In this document: piece after piece, positions 9,156 to 17,700 of the stretch
Numbering within the stretch: position 1 is the first letter of the stretch
How the letters are laid out: each line of letters opens with the position of its first letter
Source: Candidatus Iainarchaeum sp.
Lineage (GTDB): Archaea > Iainarchaeota > Iainarchaeia > Iainarchaeales > JAZDFD01
Assembly (NCBI GenBank): GCA_043808155.1
Contig: JAZDFD010000019.1
Coordinates: 1 to 22,691 of the forward strand
DNA length: 22,691 nt
Direction of reading: 5' to 3'
The notes under the pieces: generated by a model
What the model was told of the DNA's origin: nothing
Database searches by the model: none
What the model saw: the letters and a program-made list of their open reading frames with translations, nothing else
Made by a program: the position numbers and the translations under genes

Positions 9156-9610
9156 CAAACCCCCTCCTGAAGAAGATTAACTTGGCCGTTTTTGGTTTCA
9201 AAAAATAATGGCTTTTCTTCAGCTGTTCCTGAAGAAGGTTCTAAAAATACAACTTTGTAAAGTGCATCTCTGTCTGCAAACCCAATGTAATAACCCCAGC
9301 CATCTCCATCGTGGTACATGGGATTTACTTCTGCCTGTCCAAAGGCAATTTCAGAACGATCAACTGCGTTATAAGTTGGGCAGGTATCGGAATAAGATGA
9401 ATCTGCTTTGTAAAGTCTTACAACTCCTTTGGTTTCATCTGAGGCTAATTCATCTGCAATGTCAGGTAATGCAGCAGTATAAATTGGCGCATCGTAATAG
9501 AAATAGAATCCTTCTGATTCATCAACTGGTGTTTGGTTCATGAAAAATAAAAAACCAAAAACAATTATAATAATTAAAAAAAAACCTGCAACAATCACTT
9601 TTTTGTCCAT
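9152..9610 (-). CDS. Small N-terminally anchored protein (small partner, cassette B), 152 aa
   Basis: MDKK plus a TM helix; SD-like GAGGGCGG; beta-rich ectodomain; stop overlaps the start of the next gene. Confidence 0.85.
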   Translation of the reverse strand: MDKKVIVAGFFLIIIIVFGFLFFMNQTPVDESEGFYFYYDAPIYTAALPDIADELASDETKGVVRLYKADSSYSDTCPTYNAVDRSEIAFGQAEVNPMYHDGDGWGYYIGFADRDALYKVVFLEPSSGTAEEKPLFFETKNGQVNLLQEGVC

Positions 9611-9662
9611 ATAACCGCCCTCATAAAGGTGTTTTAGTTAATAATTATTAAGTATCTGGATG

Positions 9663-9671
9663 TATATAAAA
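9663..9671 (-). promoter_or_regulatory. Putative TATA box for cassette B
   Basis: TTTTATATA on the - strand about 55 nt upstream of ATG 9610. Confidence 0.5.
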
Positions 9672-9680
9672 CATGACACT

Positions 9681-11882
9681 CTAATTGACCTCTTTTCCAT
9701 ATGAAACTGCCATTGTTTGTGTTGATTTTGTTGTTGTTTCATCAGTAACAAGGAAAATTACAGGGTGTCTGTGAGTCTGTGAAGCAAATTCAACTCTGTA
9801 AAGTCCGGACACTGTACCTGCCGGAAAAGCCAAATAATAATTATTACCCCTAGTATCAGAATCTAAATTCAGCAAATTTAAGTTTATGTTGACTAATGAA
9901 CCAGAATCATTTTCTGATTGCAAGGAATATACATTTGCTATTTGCTCGTTAAAATTATAATTAGCATAGCGAGAATAAAATATCACAAATTCATTCCAAA
10001 TTGTTCCAAATTCGGGGCCTGAGAGGGGTGTTTCTTCCAGAATTTCTTCTGGTTCTTCGACATCGATTTCAGCAGGATTAATTATTGTAAGAACTGCACC
10101 ATCAGAATCATGCGGTTCTGAACTCTCAACTTTACCATTATCATCAGCATCAATACCTGCACAAAACTGAGCACGACTCAAAACATTTGGTAAAGATTCG
10201 ATAAATGCGGGATTTGAAAGATAACCTGTTTCGATTCCATTATTATTGGAAACAACTGGACCAATAATTTCAGATGTTTGGATATTTGGAATTCCATTAA
10301 TGCTGAAACAGTCTTCATTGTCAGGCGGTTGCCACACAATTATGTTTTTACCTTCACAGGATTCTAAATCAGGAGTGTCACCATAAAGATAAATTATTTT
10401 TCTAAAATTTCCTGGTAAAACTAACATAGGCGGCACGAGAGTTAAATTAGTAATTACTGTTTTGCTCGTGCATTCTCCGGCAGCAGGCGTTTCATTTTCA
10501 TAGTTATAGTAATTATTCATTGGTGTGTCTTCAAGATTTGTTAAACCATAACTGCAAGCAATTTCATGATCGCAGGCAGAGTCGAAATAGAAGTAATGAC
10601 CTTGGTGGCCTGCAGTTGCTAATCTGTTCGGAAGCCACCTATTTTTCATTTCTGGTGAATCTGGAGAAATATCTCTGCCGGGCCAAACACCAGTATATAC
10701 ATTGTTTTGGATTCCCTGACTGTAATCGTAACCGCGAATATCAAAATACTGCCACTTGTCATCAATATACCAAACCTGATCTTCATAATAAGTAAAACCA
10801 ACACCTAAAATGCGACCTTGTGAATCAGTTGCAAATCTATAACCAGTATAATCATTAACATATTGAATCACAGTATATTGGTTTGCTGTATCTTTATTGG
10901 TTACTTGTTCCCAGAATTTAACATTTGGAAGTGTTGAGACATAAAATTTATCAACAGGCCCATCATCAAAAATATCAAAATTTTGAAGGATTTCAGAAAC
11001 AATATCATATGTATTTAAATTTAATTCATCAAGATTGGAAAAATCACCAAGAGAATATTGTTCCTGAATTATGCCTGATTTTGGAATAAATATTTTCTTA
11101 GAAACAGTTTTGAATTCAACTGGATTTCCTGCATTATCAGTATCCAAAGGTAAATTTTGGGCGTTATCAGTTATAACAATCAGATACCTGGCACTCCAAT
11201 TGGCGCCGGTTTTATAATCATGTCCTTGAATAGTTGGTGGCATGGCAGGAGAACCAAAAACACACGCTTTGTCATCTAAACAGTTGCCAGCAATGCTGTT
11301 GTAACAATATGCGCTTCCTCCGTCTAAAAGATAAGCATTTATTACATCAGGACAAACAGTTAAAAGTTGCTGGGCAACATCGTAGGCAGACCCTGTTGTA
11401 CCAATAGTCACTAATGTCCCATCTTTAAGCAAGGCAATCGCAATTCTAGCAGAAGCTTCAGTCAAATCCGAAGAGTGGGATTGTTTTAGTATGTCTTCAA
11501 TGTTATTAATTGCTTCGCCATTATGAATAATTCTGAAAAGCATATTATCAGCAGTGCCTGCACTGTTGCGGGAATCAACTAAATAAGTGTATGTTCCGGG
11601 GATTATGTGAATCTCTCTTTCACCTGAAGGATTACCATCATAAATGACACCACCTATTCTCGCAGGTCTTGCATCAGTACTATTTTCAAAACCATTTCCA
11701 AAGTCGCCGGTAATCACAGTCACATCGGATTTAGCATTATAATTACTGAACTCAGACGTAGGTATAGCAAAAACATACGGGTTAGTATGCCTTTCAATAC
11801 ATGATGTATCTGCAAATACTATTTCCGACATATTGACAAATATTAAAATTGATAAAATACAGAAAATTATTTTTTTATTCAC
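9681..11882 (-). CDS. Secreted modular protein with an N-terminal NAGPA/phosphodiester-glycosidase-like domain (large partner, cassette A), 733 aa
   Basis: GTG start overlapping the upstream stop. Signal peptide MNKKIIFCILSILIFVNMSEIVFA. SARIAIALLKDG…AYLLDGGSA resembles the NAGPA PRTAIG…A(I/L)NLDGGGS motifs. Confidence 0.8.
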   Translation of the reverse strand: MNKKIIFCILSILIFVNMSEIVFADTSCIERHTNPYVFAIPTSEFSNYNAKSDVTVITGDFGNGFENSTDARPARIGGVIYDGNPSGEREIHIIPGTYTYLVDSRNSAGTADNMLFRIIHNGEAINNIEDILKQSHSSDLTEASARIAIALLKDGTLVTIGTTGSAYDVAQQLLTVCPDVINAYLLDGGSAYCYNSIAGNCLDDKACVFGSPAMPPTIQGHDYKTGANWSARYLIVITDNAQNLPLDTDNAGNPVEFKTVSKKIFIPKSGIIQEQYSLGDFSNLDELNLNTYDIVSEILQNFDIFDDGPVDKFYVSTLPNVKFWEQVTNKDTANQYTVIQYVNDYTGYRFATDSQGRILGVGFTYYEDQVWYIDDKWQYFDIRGYDYSQGIQNNVYTGVWPGRDISPDSPEMKNRWLPNRLATAGHQGHYFYFDSACDHEIACSYGLTNLEDTPMNNYYNYENETPAAGECTSKTVITNLTLVPPMLVLPGNFRKIIYLYGDTPDLESCEGKNIIVWQPPDNEDCFSINGIPNIQTSEIIGPVVSNNNGIETGYLSNPAFIESLPNVLSRAQFCAGIDADDNGKVESSEPHDSDGAVLTIINPAEIDVEEPEEILEETPLSGPEFGTIWNEFVIFYSRYANYNFNEQIANVYSLQSENDSGSLVNINLNLLNLDSDTRGNNYYLAFPAGTVSGLYRVEFASQTHRHPVIFLVTDETTTKSTQTMAVSYGKEVN

Positions 11883-12585
11883 TGAACTCAGCCCCGCATC
11901 CTTTTTTCCAGCTGTTTAGGAAAAGTTTTTTTTCTTCAAATTCAATTTCTAAATCTGAGAGTGTTTCAATGTCAGTGTCTAAATGTATTTTCTTTGTTAA
12001 AGCAGGGTGTTTTACTGAAAAGACATTTGCAAGTTGAACTAAAATTACGGAATTGTCTTTTAGTGGTTCAAGAGAAGCAACATATGTTTCATAAATATCA
12101 AGATTTGCACAGATTTCTTCTTTCGATTCTAGTGATGCGATTGTTTCTTTTTGTTCAGAGAGTTCACTTTGATTTTGTTTTAGTAAATTAATGTAATCTG
12201 CAAATGCAATGTTCAGTTCAACGAAATCAGTTGCCGCAGTTGGGACTAATTTTTGAGATTCTAAATCGGATTTGTAAATCATGAAGGATCTGCTGACTGT
12301 ATCATAGTTAAAATTTTTTATTTCATCTGAAGAGAGTGATGAAATTATTGCCTGTGATTCAATATCAATATTCTGACTTTCCCAGGTAGCTTTTACAAAA
12401 CTAAAAGTGTCATTTGTTATTTGCTTGTCTGCTGTATCTGTAACTGTGATATTGACATTAATAGTTGATTCAAAATCATTAATTGGGGCTGTGTTAGAGG
12501 TGAAAAATGGATAGCCAGTAAATAAAACAAATGAAATTGCCAAAATTAGCAGAATAACAGCGGAAAATAATATTTTTTTGTCCAA
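11875..12585 (-). CDS. Small N-terminally anchored helical protein (small partner, cassette A), about 236 aa; paralog of 4908-5537
   Basis: TTG at 12585 after GGGGTGTGTGTGA gives MDKKILF…, matching the other two small genes. TM helix; two Cys (EICANL, KKGCG). Confidence 0.82.
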   Translation of the reverse strand: MDKKILFSAVILLILAISFVLFTGYPFFTSNTAPINDFESTINVNITVTDTADKQITNDTFSFVKATWESQNIDIESQAIISSLSSDEIKNFNYDTVSRSFMIYKSDLESQKLVPTAATDFVELNIAFADYINLLKQNQSELSEQKETIASLESKEEICANLDIYETYVASLEPLKDNSVILVQLANVFSVKHPALTKKIHLDTDIETLSDLEIEFEEKKLFLNSWKKGCGAEFSE

Positions 12586-12678
12586 ATTCACACACACCCC
12601 TAAGCTTAGATTATATAATGGTTAATATATTTAATATTGAGAACTAATATATATTGTTTAGGGCATGAGATATATAAC

Positions 12679-12770
12679 AGGTGAAAAAATGAGCAATACT
12701 GACGTTTTGATTGTTGGTTCGGGTCCTGCGGGAATTACTGCTGCGATTTATGCCTTTAGAAAAGGGCTTA
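12679..12770 (+). repeat. 92-bp direct repeat, copy 1 (trxB SD plus first 27 codons)
   Basis: Identical by eye to 13836-13927 (AGGTGAAAAAATGAGCAAT…AGAAAAGGGCTTA). Confidence 0.97.
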
Positions 12771-12781
12771 ACGTATTTTAA
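12689..12781 (+). pseudogene. trxB: Truncated 5' copy of thioredoxin reductase (30 aa)
   Basis: Translates as MSNTDVLIVGSGPAGITAAIYAFRKGLNVF*; the first 27 aa are identical to the intact gene. Confidence 0.9.
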
Positions 12782-12819
12782 ATTGAACGATGGTTTTATA
12801 AATTGAACGATAGTTCAAT
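12779..12819 (+). promoter_or_regulatory. TATA box flanked by tandem operator-like sites
   Basis: TAAATTGAACGAT occurs at 12779 and 12799. Perfect palindrome ATTGAAC-gata-GTTCAAT at 12802-12819. TTTATAAA at 12795-12802. Confidence 0.7.
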
Positions 12820-12848
12820 ATTAGCATAACCACTGTTGAGTGACACTT

Positions 12849-13412
12849 ATGAGTAATATTTTTGATAGCTGTGTAACATGGAAATTGCTTTCCTATTTCT
12901 TAACGGAGCCATGGAAAGAATCATATGTGAAAGAGCTTGCTAAAAATATGAAAATAAGCTCTGGTTCCGTAAGCGTTCTTTGCAAAAAATTGTGCAGCGA
13001 GAATCTGCTTAAAAAAGAAATCAGAGGAAATCTGCTTTTGTATAAATTAAATAAAAACAATCCTATTATGAAAGAACTTCAAAAAGCGTATCTTTTAAAC
13101 AGACTCACTAAAGCTAAATTTACTCAAAAATTTTTTGATACAGATGAGAGCATTATTTCTCTTGCAATTTATGGTTCCTATGTAAGCGGAGATGTTGATG
13201 ATAAAAGCGACCTTGATGTTTTGATAATCACACAATCAAATGCTAATTTCTCAGAAGCCGTGAGAAAAATTGCAAAAGAAATTAAAATTGATGTTAATAT
13301 AAATAAATTTACACTGCTTCAGTGGAAAAAACTGTCTGGAAAAAATGACCCCTTTTATAAAGAAGTTATATCAAATCACATTCTTTTAAAAGGGAGCAGT
13401 CTGGTGATTTAA
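12849..13412 (+). CDS. wHTH-fused minimal nucleotidyltransferase (MNT family antitoxin-like), about 187 aa
   Basis: N-terminal wHTH (YVKELAKNMKISSGSVSVLCKKL…GNLLLYKLN) and a GSx10DxD motif (GSYVSGDVDDKSDLD). ATG 12849 follows SD-like GAGTGA. Confidence 0.9.
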   Translation: MSNIFDSCVTWKLLSYFLTEPWKESYVKELAKNMKISSGSVSVLCKKLCSENLLKKEIRGNLLLYKLNKNNPIMKELQKAYLLNRLTKAKFTQKFFDTDESIISLAIYGSYVSGDVDDKSDLDVLIITQSNANFSEAVRKIAKEIKIDVNINKFTLLQWKKLSGKNDPFYKEVISNHILLKGSSLVI

Positions 13413-13841
13413 ATGTCAGAAGATTTGTTTGAGGAAGGGTTGCTGAAAAAAATTCCGCCTTCATGGGAAAAATGTGTTAAATCACTGGAAATTTCAGAAA
13501 ATTATCTTGAAGAATCTAAAACTGCTTTAAGAGTGAAAATTTACAACAGCTCAATTCTTGCGTCATATAATTCTATGTTCCATGCTGCCCGTGCAGCATT
13601 ATTTCTCAAAGGAGTAAAAGAGCGGAGTCATTATGCAATAGTGGAATATCTTCTGCAGAACTGCAAAAAAGAATTAGGAATTGATTTAATAAATCAGTTG
13701 GATTCTTATAGGTTAATGAGACATACAGTTTCTTATGGACTTGATGCTAAAATTAGTGTAGATGATGCTGAATCTGCAATAGAATTTGCAGAGAAATTTT
13801 TGGAAAAAATTGAAGACTTTGTTGAAAATGAAAAAAGGTGA
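13413..13841 (+). CDS. HEPN domain protein (UPF0332/COG1895-like), putative toxin partner
   Basis: SYNSMFHAARAAL…SH…RLMRHTVSYG…AESAIEFAEKFL. Starts directly after the MNT stop, with SD GGTGA at 13403-13407. Confidence 0.9.
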   Translation: MSEDLFEEGLLKKIPPSWEKCVKSLEISENYLEESKTALRVKIYNSSILASYNSMFHAARAALFLKGVKERSHYAIVEYLLQNCKKELGIDLINQLDSYRLMRHTVSYGLDAKISVDDAESAIEFAEKFLEKIEDFVENEKR

Positions 13842-13927
13842 AAAAATGAGCAATACTGACGTTTTGATTGTTGGTTCGGGTCCTGCGGGAATTACTGCTG
13901 CGATTTATGCCTTTAGAAAAGGGCTTA
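13836..13927 (+). repeat. 92-bp direct repeat, copy 2 (includes the HEPN stop codon and the trxB start)
   Basis: Identical to 12679-12770. Confidence 0.97.
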
Positions 13928-14766
13928 GTGTAAGGATTTTTGAGAAGGGCTTGATTGGAGGGGTGGCTTCTGATGCAATAATGGTTGAGAACTATCCTGG
14001 TTTTGAGGGACTGAGCGGAATGGATTTAATGCAGAAAATGAAGAAGCATTTAGAGAAATTTGGAATGAAAATTGAACTTAATGAAGTCAAGGCAATTGTA
14101 AAGAAATTAAATGTTTTTGAAATTGAAGCAGGAAAAGAGAAATTCAATGCAAAATCAGTTATACTTGCAACTGGAACAAAAAATAAAATGCTTGGAATTC
14201 CAGGTGAAAATGAACTGAAAGGAAAGGGAATTGCTTATTGTGCTACGTGTGATGGATTCTTCTATAAAGGAAAGGACGTTGCAGTAATTGGTGCGGGAAA
14301 TTCTGGTGTAATGGCTGCAATTTATCTGAGTGATATTTGTAAGAAAGTTTATTTAGTTGAGTTTTTGGATGAAATGATGTGTGATGAGATTTATAAGAAA
14401 AAACTTGAAAAACTTAAAGGGAAGAATTTAGAACTTCATTTGGGAACTGCATTAACTGAAATTTCAGGGAGTGGTAAGGTTAATGGAATTAAAATCAAGA
14501 ACAGGAAAAGTAATGCAGAAAACGAAATTGCACTTGACGGTGTTTTTATGTATGCTGGTTTGATTCCGCAAAGTGAACTTGCGAAGAAAGCTGGTGCAAA
14601 GATTACTGAAAAAGGTTTCATAAAAGTTTCTGAAAATATGGAAACATCTGTTAAAGGAATTTTTGCTGCGGGTGATGTTACAGGTGAATTAGCACAAATA
14701 GTTTCTGCTGCTGGTTCGGGTGCGAAAGCTGCAGTTTCTGCTTATAATTACATTAAGGGAATTTAG
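13846..14766 (+). CDS. trxB: Thioredoxin-disulfide reductase (low-Mr TrxR family), about 306 aa
   Basis: GSGPAG FAD-binding motif, ENYPG, ILATG, redox-active CATC, GAGNSG and TSVKGIFAAGD. SD GGTGA favours ATG 13846 over the ORF-track start at 13786. Confidence 0.95.
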   Translation: MSNTDVLIVGSGPAGITAAIYAFRKGLSVRIFEKGLIGGVASDAIMVENYPGFEGLSGMDLMQKMKKHLEKFGMKIELNEVKAIVKKLNVFEIEAGKEKFNAKSVILATGTKNKMLGIPGENELKGKGIAYCATCDGFFYKGKDVAVIGAGNSGVMAAIYLSDICKKVYLVEFLDEMMCDEIYKKKLEKLKGKNLELHLGTALTEISGSGKVNGIKIKNRKSNAENEIALDGVFMYAGLIPQSELAKKAGAKITEKGFIKVSENMETSVKGIFAAGDVTGELAQIVSAAGSGAKAAVSAYNYIKGI

Positions 14767-14780
14767 TGTTGACTTTAAAA

Positions 14781-17700
14781 TTAAGCTGCAGAAGAGGAAG
14801 CTAATTTTCTCAGAAGCATGAAATTGTCTAGTATTTCATATTGTTTGTAAAGTGACTCTGAGTAGGATCCAAACACTAAGTTCACATTATATAACAACCA
14901 TGACAACCAATCATGTGTGAAGAAAGTTGTTGAGGTTTGGAAAGTTCCGGAATTAATTTGAATTGTGTGTGTTCCCGATTTTAATGTTTTGAAAGAAATT
15001 CTTCCTTCGTTGTCAGTTGTTAGCGTGAATGCATAACCATCAGGTTCTGTTATTGTTACGGTAATTCCAACAGCGGGTTTTCCGGTTTTTGGATCTGTGA
15101 CTCTTATGTATTGCGTGTCTCCAATAAATGAAATATCTAATGCTAATTCAATGAATTTGTCTTCTTGAATTTGGCAATCTTCATCAACTCTTCCGTCACA
15201 ATTGTTATCTAAACCATCACATCTTTCAGATTCTGATTTTATTTCACCTCTGCAGGTATCCCATTCGCCTCCAACACAATCTTGTGTTCCCTGATTACAT
15301 TCTCCTTCATTTGTTCCGCAGAATTTTCTTTCACCAAGTGAACATTCGCAGCCTTCATCAACTGAACCATCGCAGTCGTTATCTAATTCATCATCACAGA
15401 TTTCATTTCCTGGGTTTGGCGCAGTGCACTCTAACCAGTATCCGTTTTTGCAGTTCTGTTCTCCTGTGCAGACTCCTACTCCCAAACCACAGCCTCTTTT
15501 TTCCATGAAACTGCATTCAGTACTGCTTCCTCCTGAGCCACCTCCGCCTCCTCCGCCGCTGCCTTGGGGCGGATTTTCAGGTGTTGTTCCCCCAGACAGG
15601 GTCAGAGTTACATTTACATCTGCAGTTGTGTTATTGTCTGCATAATCAACTGCTTTCACATAATATGTGTGATTTCCATCAGTTTGAGAAGTAAAGGCAT
15701 AGGATGTGTTTGTTGAATTATTTACCCACCCAGAAGCATCTACCTGAACATAATAGATTTCAATTCCTGAATTTGAATCTGAACCAGAGTATTCTAAAGT
15801 TACTGTTGATGATGTTAACGTGTCATTATTTGTTGGAGCAGAAATTGATAAAGATTCAGGTGCAGTTGAATCTATAAGCACATATTCTTCCAATGTTGTT
15901 CCATTATTGTCAACATTATCCTTACCGTGATATCTAATAGCCCAGTTTCCGTCACCAACGAACGTAGTATTTGCAGGGGAACCGCCACCATCAGTCCAGC
16001 CTCCGAAAGAGGTGCTGTTACTCGAATCTGAATCTTTTCTGTAATAAATAGTACTGCATCCTGACTGTGAATCTGCACAGGTAAGAGTTACTAAAACAGT
16101 ACCTGTATCCTGCCATGATGAAGAAATGTCAGAAGTTGTTGTTGGTGCGGTTTTATCAATAAGCACGTATTCTGTTTTTGCTGTTTCTGTCCCGCCCCAT
16201 AAATCTGTTGAATAAAACTGCAGTCCGTAATTCCCGTCAGTACTTATTAAAACACTTGAACTATAAGTTGACCATGAACCAGGATAAGATGTTTCAGAAG
16301 TGGAATCAGTATCAAGTTTATAATATGTTGTTGCACAACCAACACCATTTGCATCATCACAGGTTAAAATGACATCTGCATCTGTTGCCTGCCAGCCTGA
16401 ATTGGCATCAGATGTTGTGTAAGGTGCATTTATATCTGCTGTAAATGTTCTGTCATCTGAATCATAAACATCAAAACCTGTTTTATAAATTCTGAAATCC
16501 CATGTTTCTTCAAGTTCATTGAGAGGTGCAGGACCTGCAGTGTTGTTGCAGTCATAGTAACCAGCGTGTCCAACAGCGTCAGAACATAAATTCACATCTT
16601 CAGTTACGTCTCTGAAAACAACATTTGCATCATTAACTACAGTTGAACAACTATTCTGAACACCGGTTACATTAAAATCCCACAAGACACCTTCTGGAAT
16701 TGTTGCACTCGTCGGAGGTTCCCATTTTGTAAGTGAAAAAGTGTCATTATTCACAGTAAATGTTCTGCTGGAAAAGAAGTTGGTGTCAAAATCAGTAGCA
16801 ACTAAGTTAGCATCCCAAGTGTGATTTCCAATAGTTGTCATATCGAAATAACAATTTGCATCAGCACCATTATTTACAACAACATCTTCACAGAAAAGAT
16901 TTTCAGTTGAATCTGAAATTCCAAAGTTGGCATCAGTGAACGATTCACCACAACGGCTGCTGACATTTGTTATGGAAAATGTGTCTATTTCACATGATGC
17001 ATTGCTGTCATTATTTGCGGGGGTTAATGTGTCCCATGTAAATTTGTCATTTATTGCAGTGGGCGTTCCTGTTTCTGTTTCGGAACAGTGATTTTCATCA
17101 TCACAGCAGGTCGCAAATAATGATGCTGTAGGAACATAATCACAAGTCACGCTCCCCCCTGTACACGTAGTTGGAGCTGACCCTGAATTAGAGGTTTCGC
17201 AAAGTTTGTCAGCAGAATCAGAATTGCACGGACTGCTTGCACATGCAATAAATCTCCACTGGTCGCCTGTGTTAGTGCAACCGCTGATTGTAAAGTTAAA
17301 ATCTGAATTAAGCGTTCCAGTATATGTATATCCTGGCTGGCTTGGTGCATTATCTACCTCAAATGAATAAGTAGTTGAAACTGAGTTTGTATCTGTTAAA
17401 TCAAAAACATTTAAATCCATGTAATAAGTTCCATCATTAACTAATGTAGTGTTCCATGGATATGCGCAGTTTGAACCGTCTCTAAAATCATAATCTCCTC
17501 CGCAGCTTATTTCGCTTGGATTCATTATGTTAATGTCAGTGTCGACTGCGGTAGTGTATAAACCATTTGCATCTGAAATCCAAATTCCAAAATTCAAATC
17601 ACCTGCTTGTGTTGAGATATCTAAATCAGTAAACACAATATTCACATCATGTGTTCCATTAACATCCTGTTCATTTGAGGTGGGTGTGAGAATGTTTGCA

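Larger units (their letters stand above)
12679..13927 (+). mobile_element. Putative integrated/excisable MNT-HEPN mini-island bounded by trxB-derived direct repeats
   Basis: Repeat period is 1,157 bp and the cargo is only a promoter plus the MNT and HEPN genes. No recombinase is encoded. Confidence 0.55.

Noticed and set aside
9648-9692. SD-like GAGGT at the end of the 733-aa gene followed by an 8-aa ORF (MFYIHPDT)
   Set aside because: Too short, the spacing is poor, and it overlaps the likely TATA box of the next cassette.
13786-13845. 20-aa N-terminal extension of TrxB in the ORF track
   Set aside because: Overlaps HEPN; the SD and the duplicated 5' copy both point to ATG 13846.
12679-13927. 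IS element or classical target-site duplication
   Set aside because: No transposase or terminal inverted repeats, and 92 bp is far longer than a normal TSD; kept instead as a homology-type duplication.
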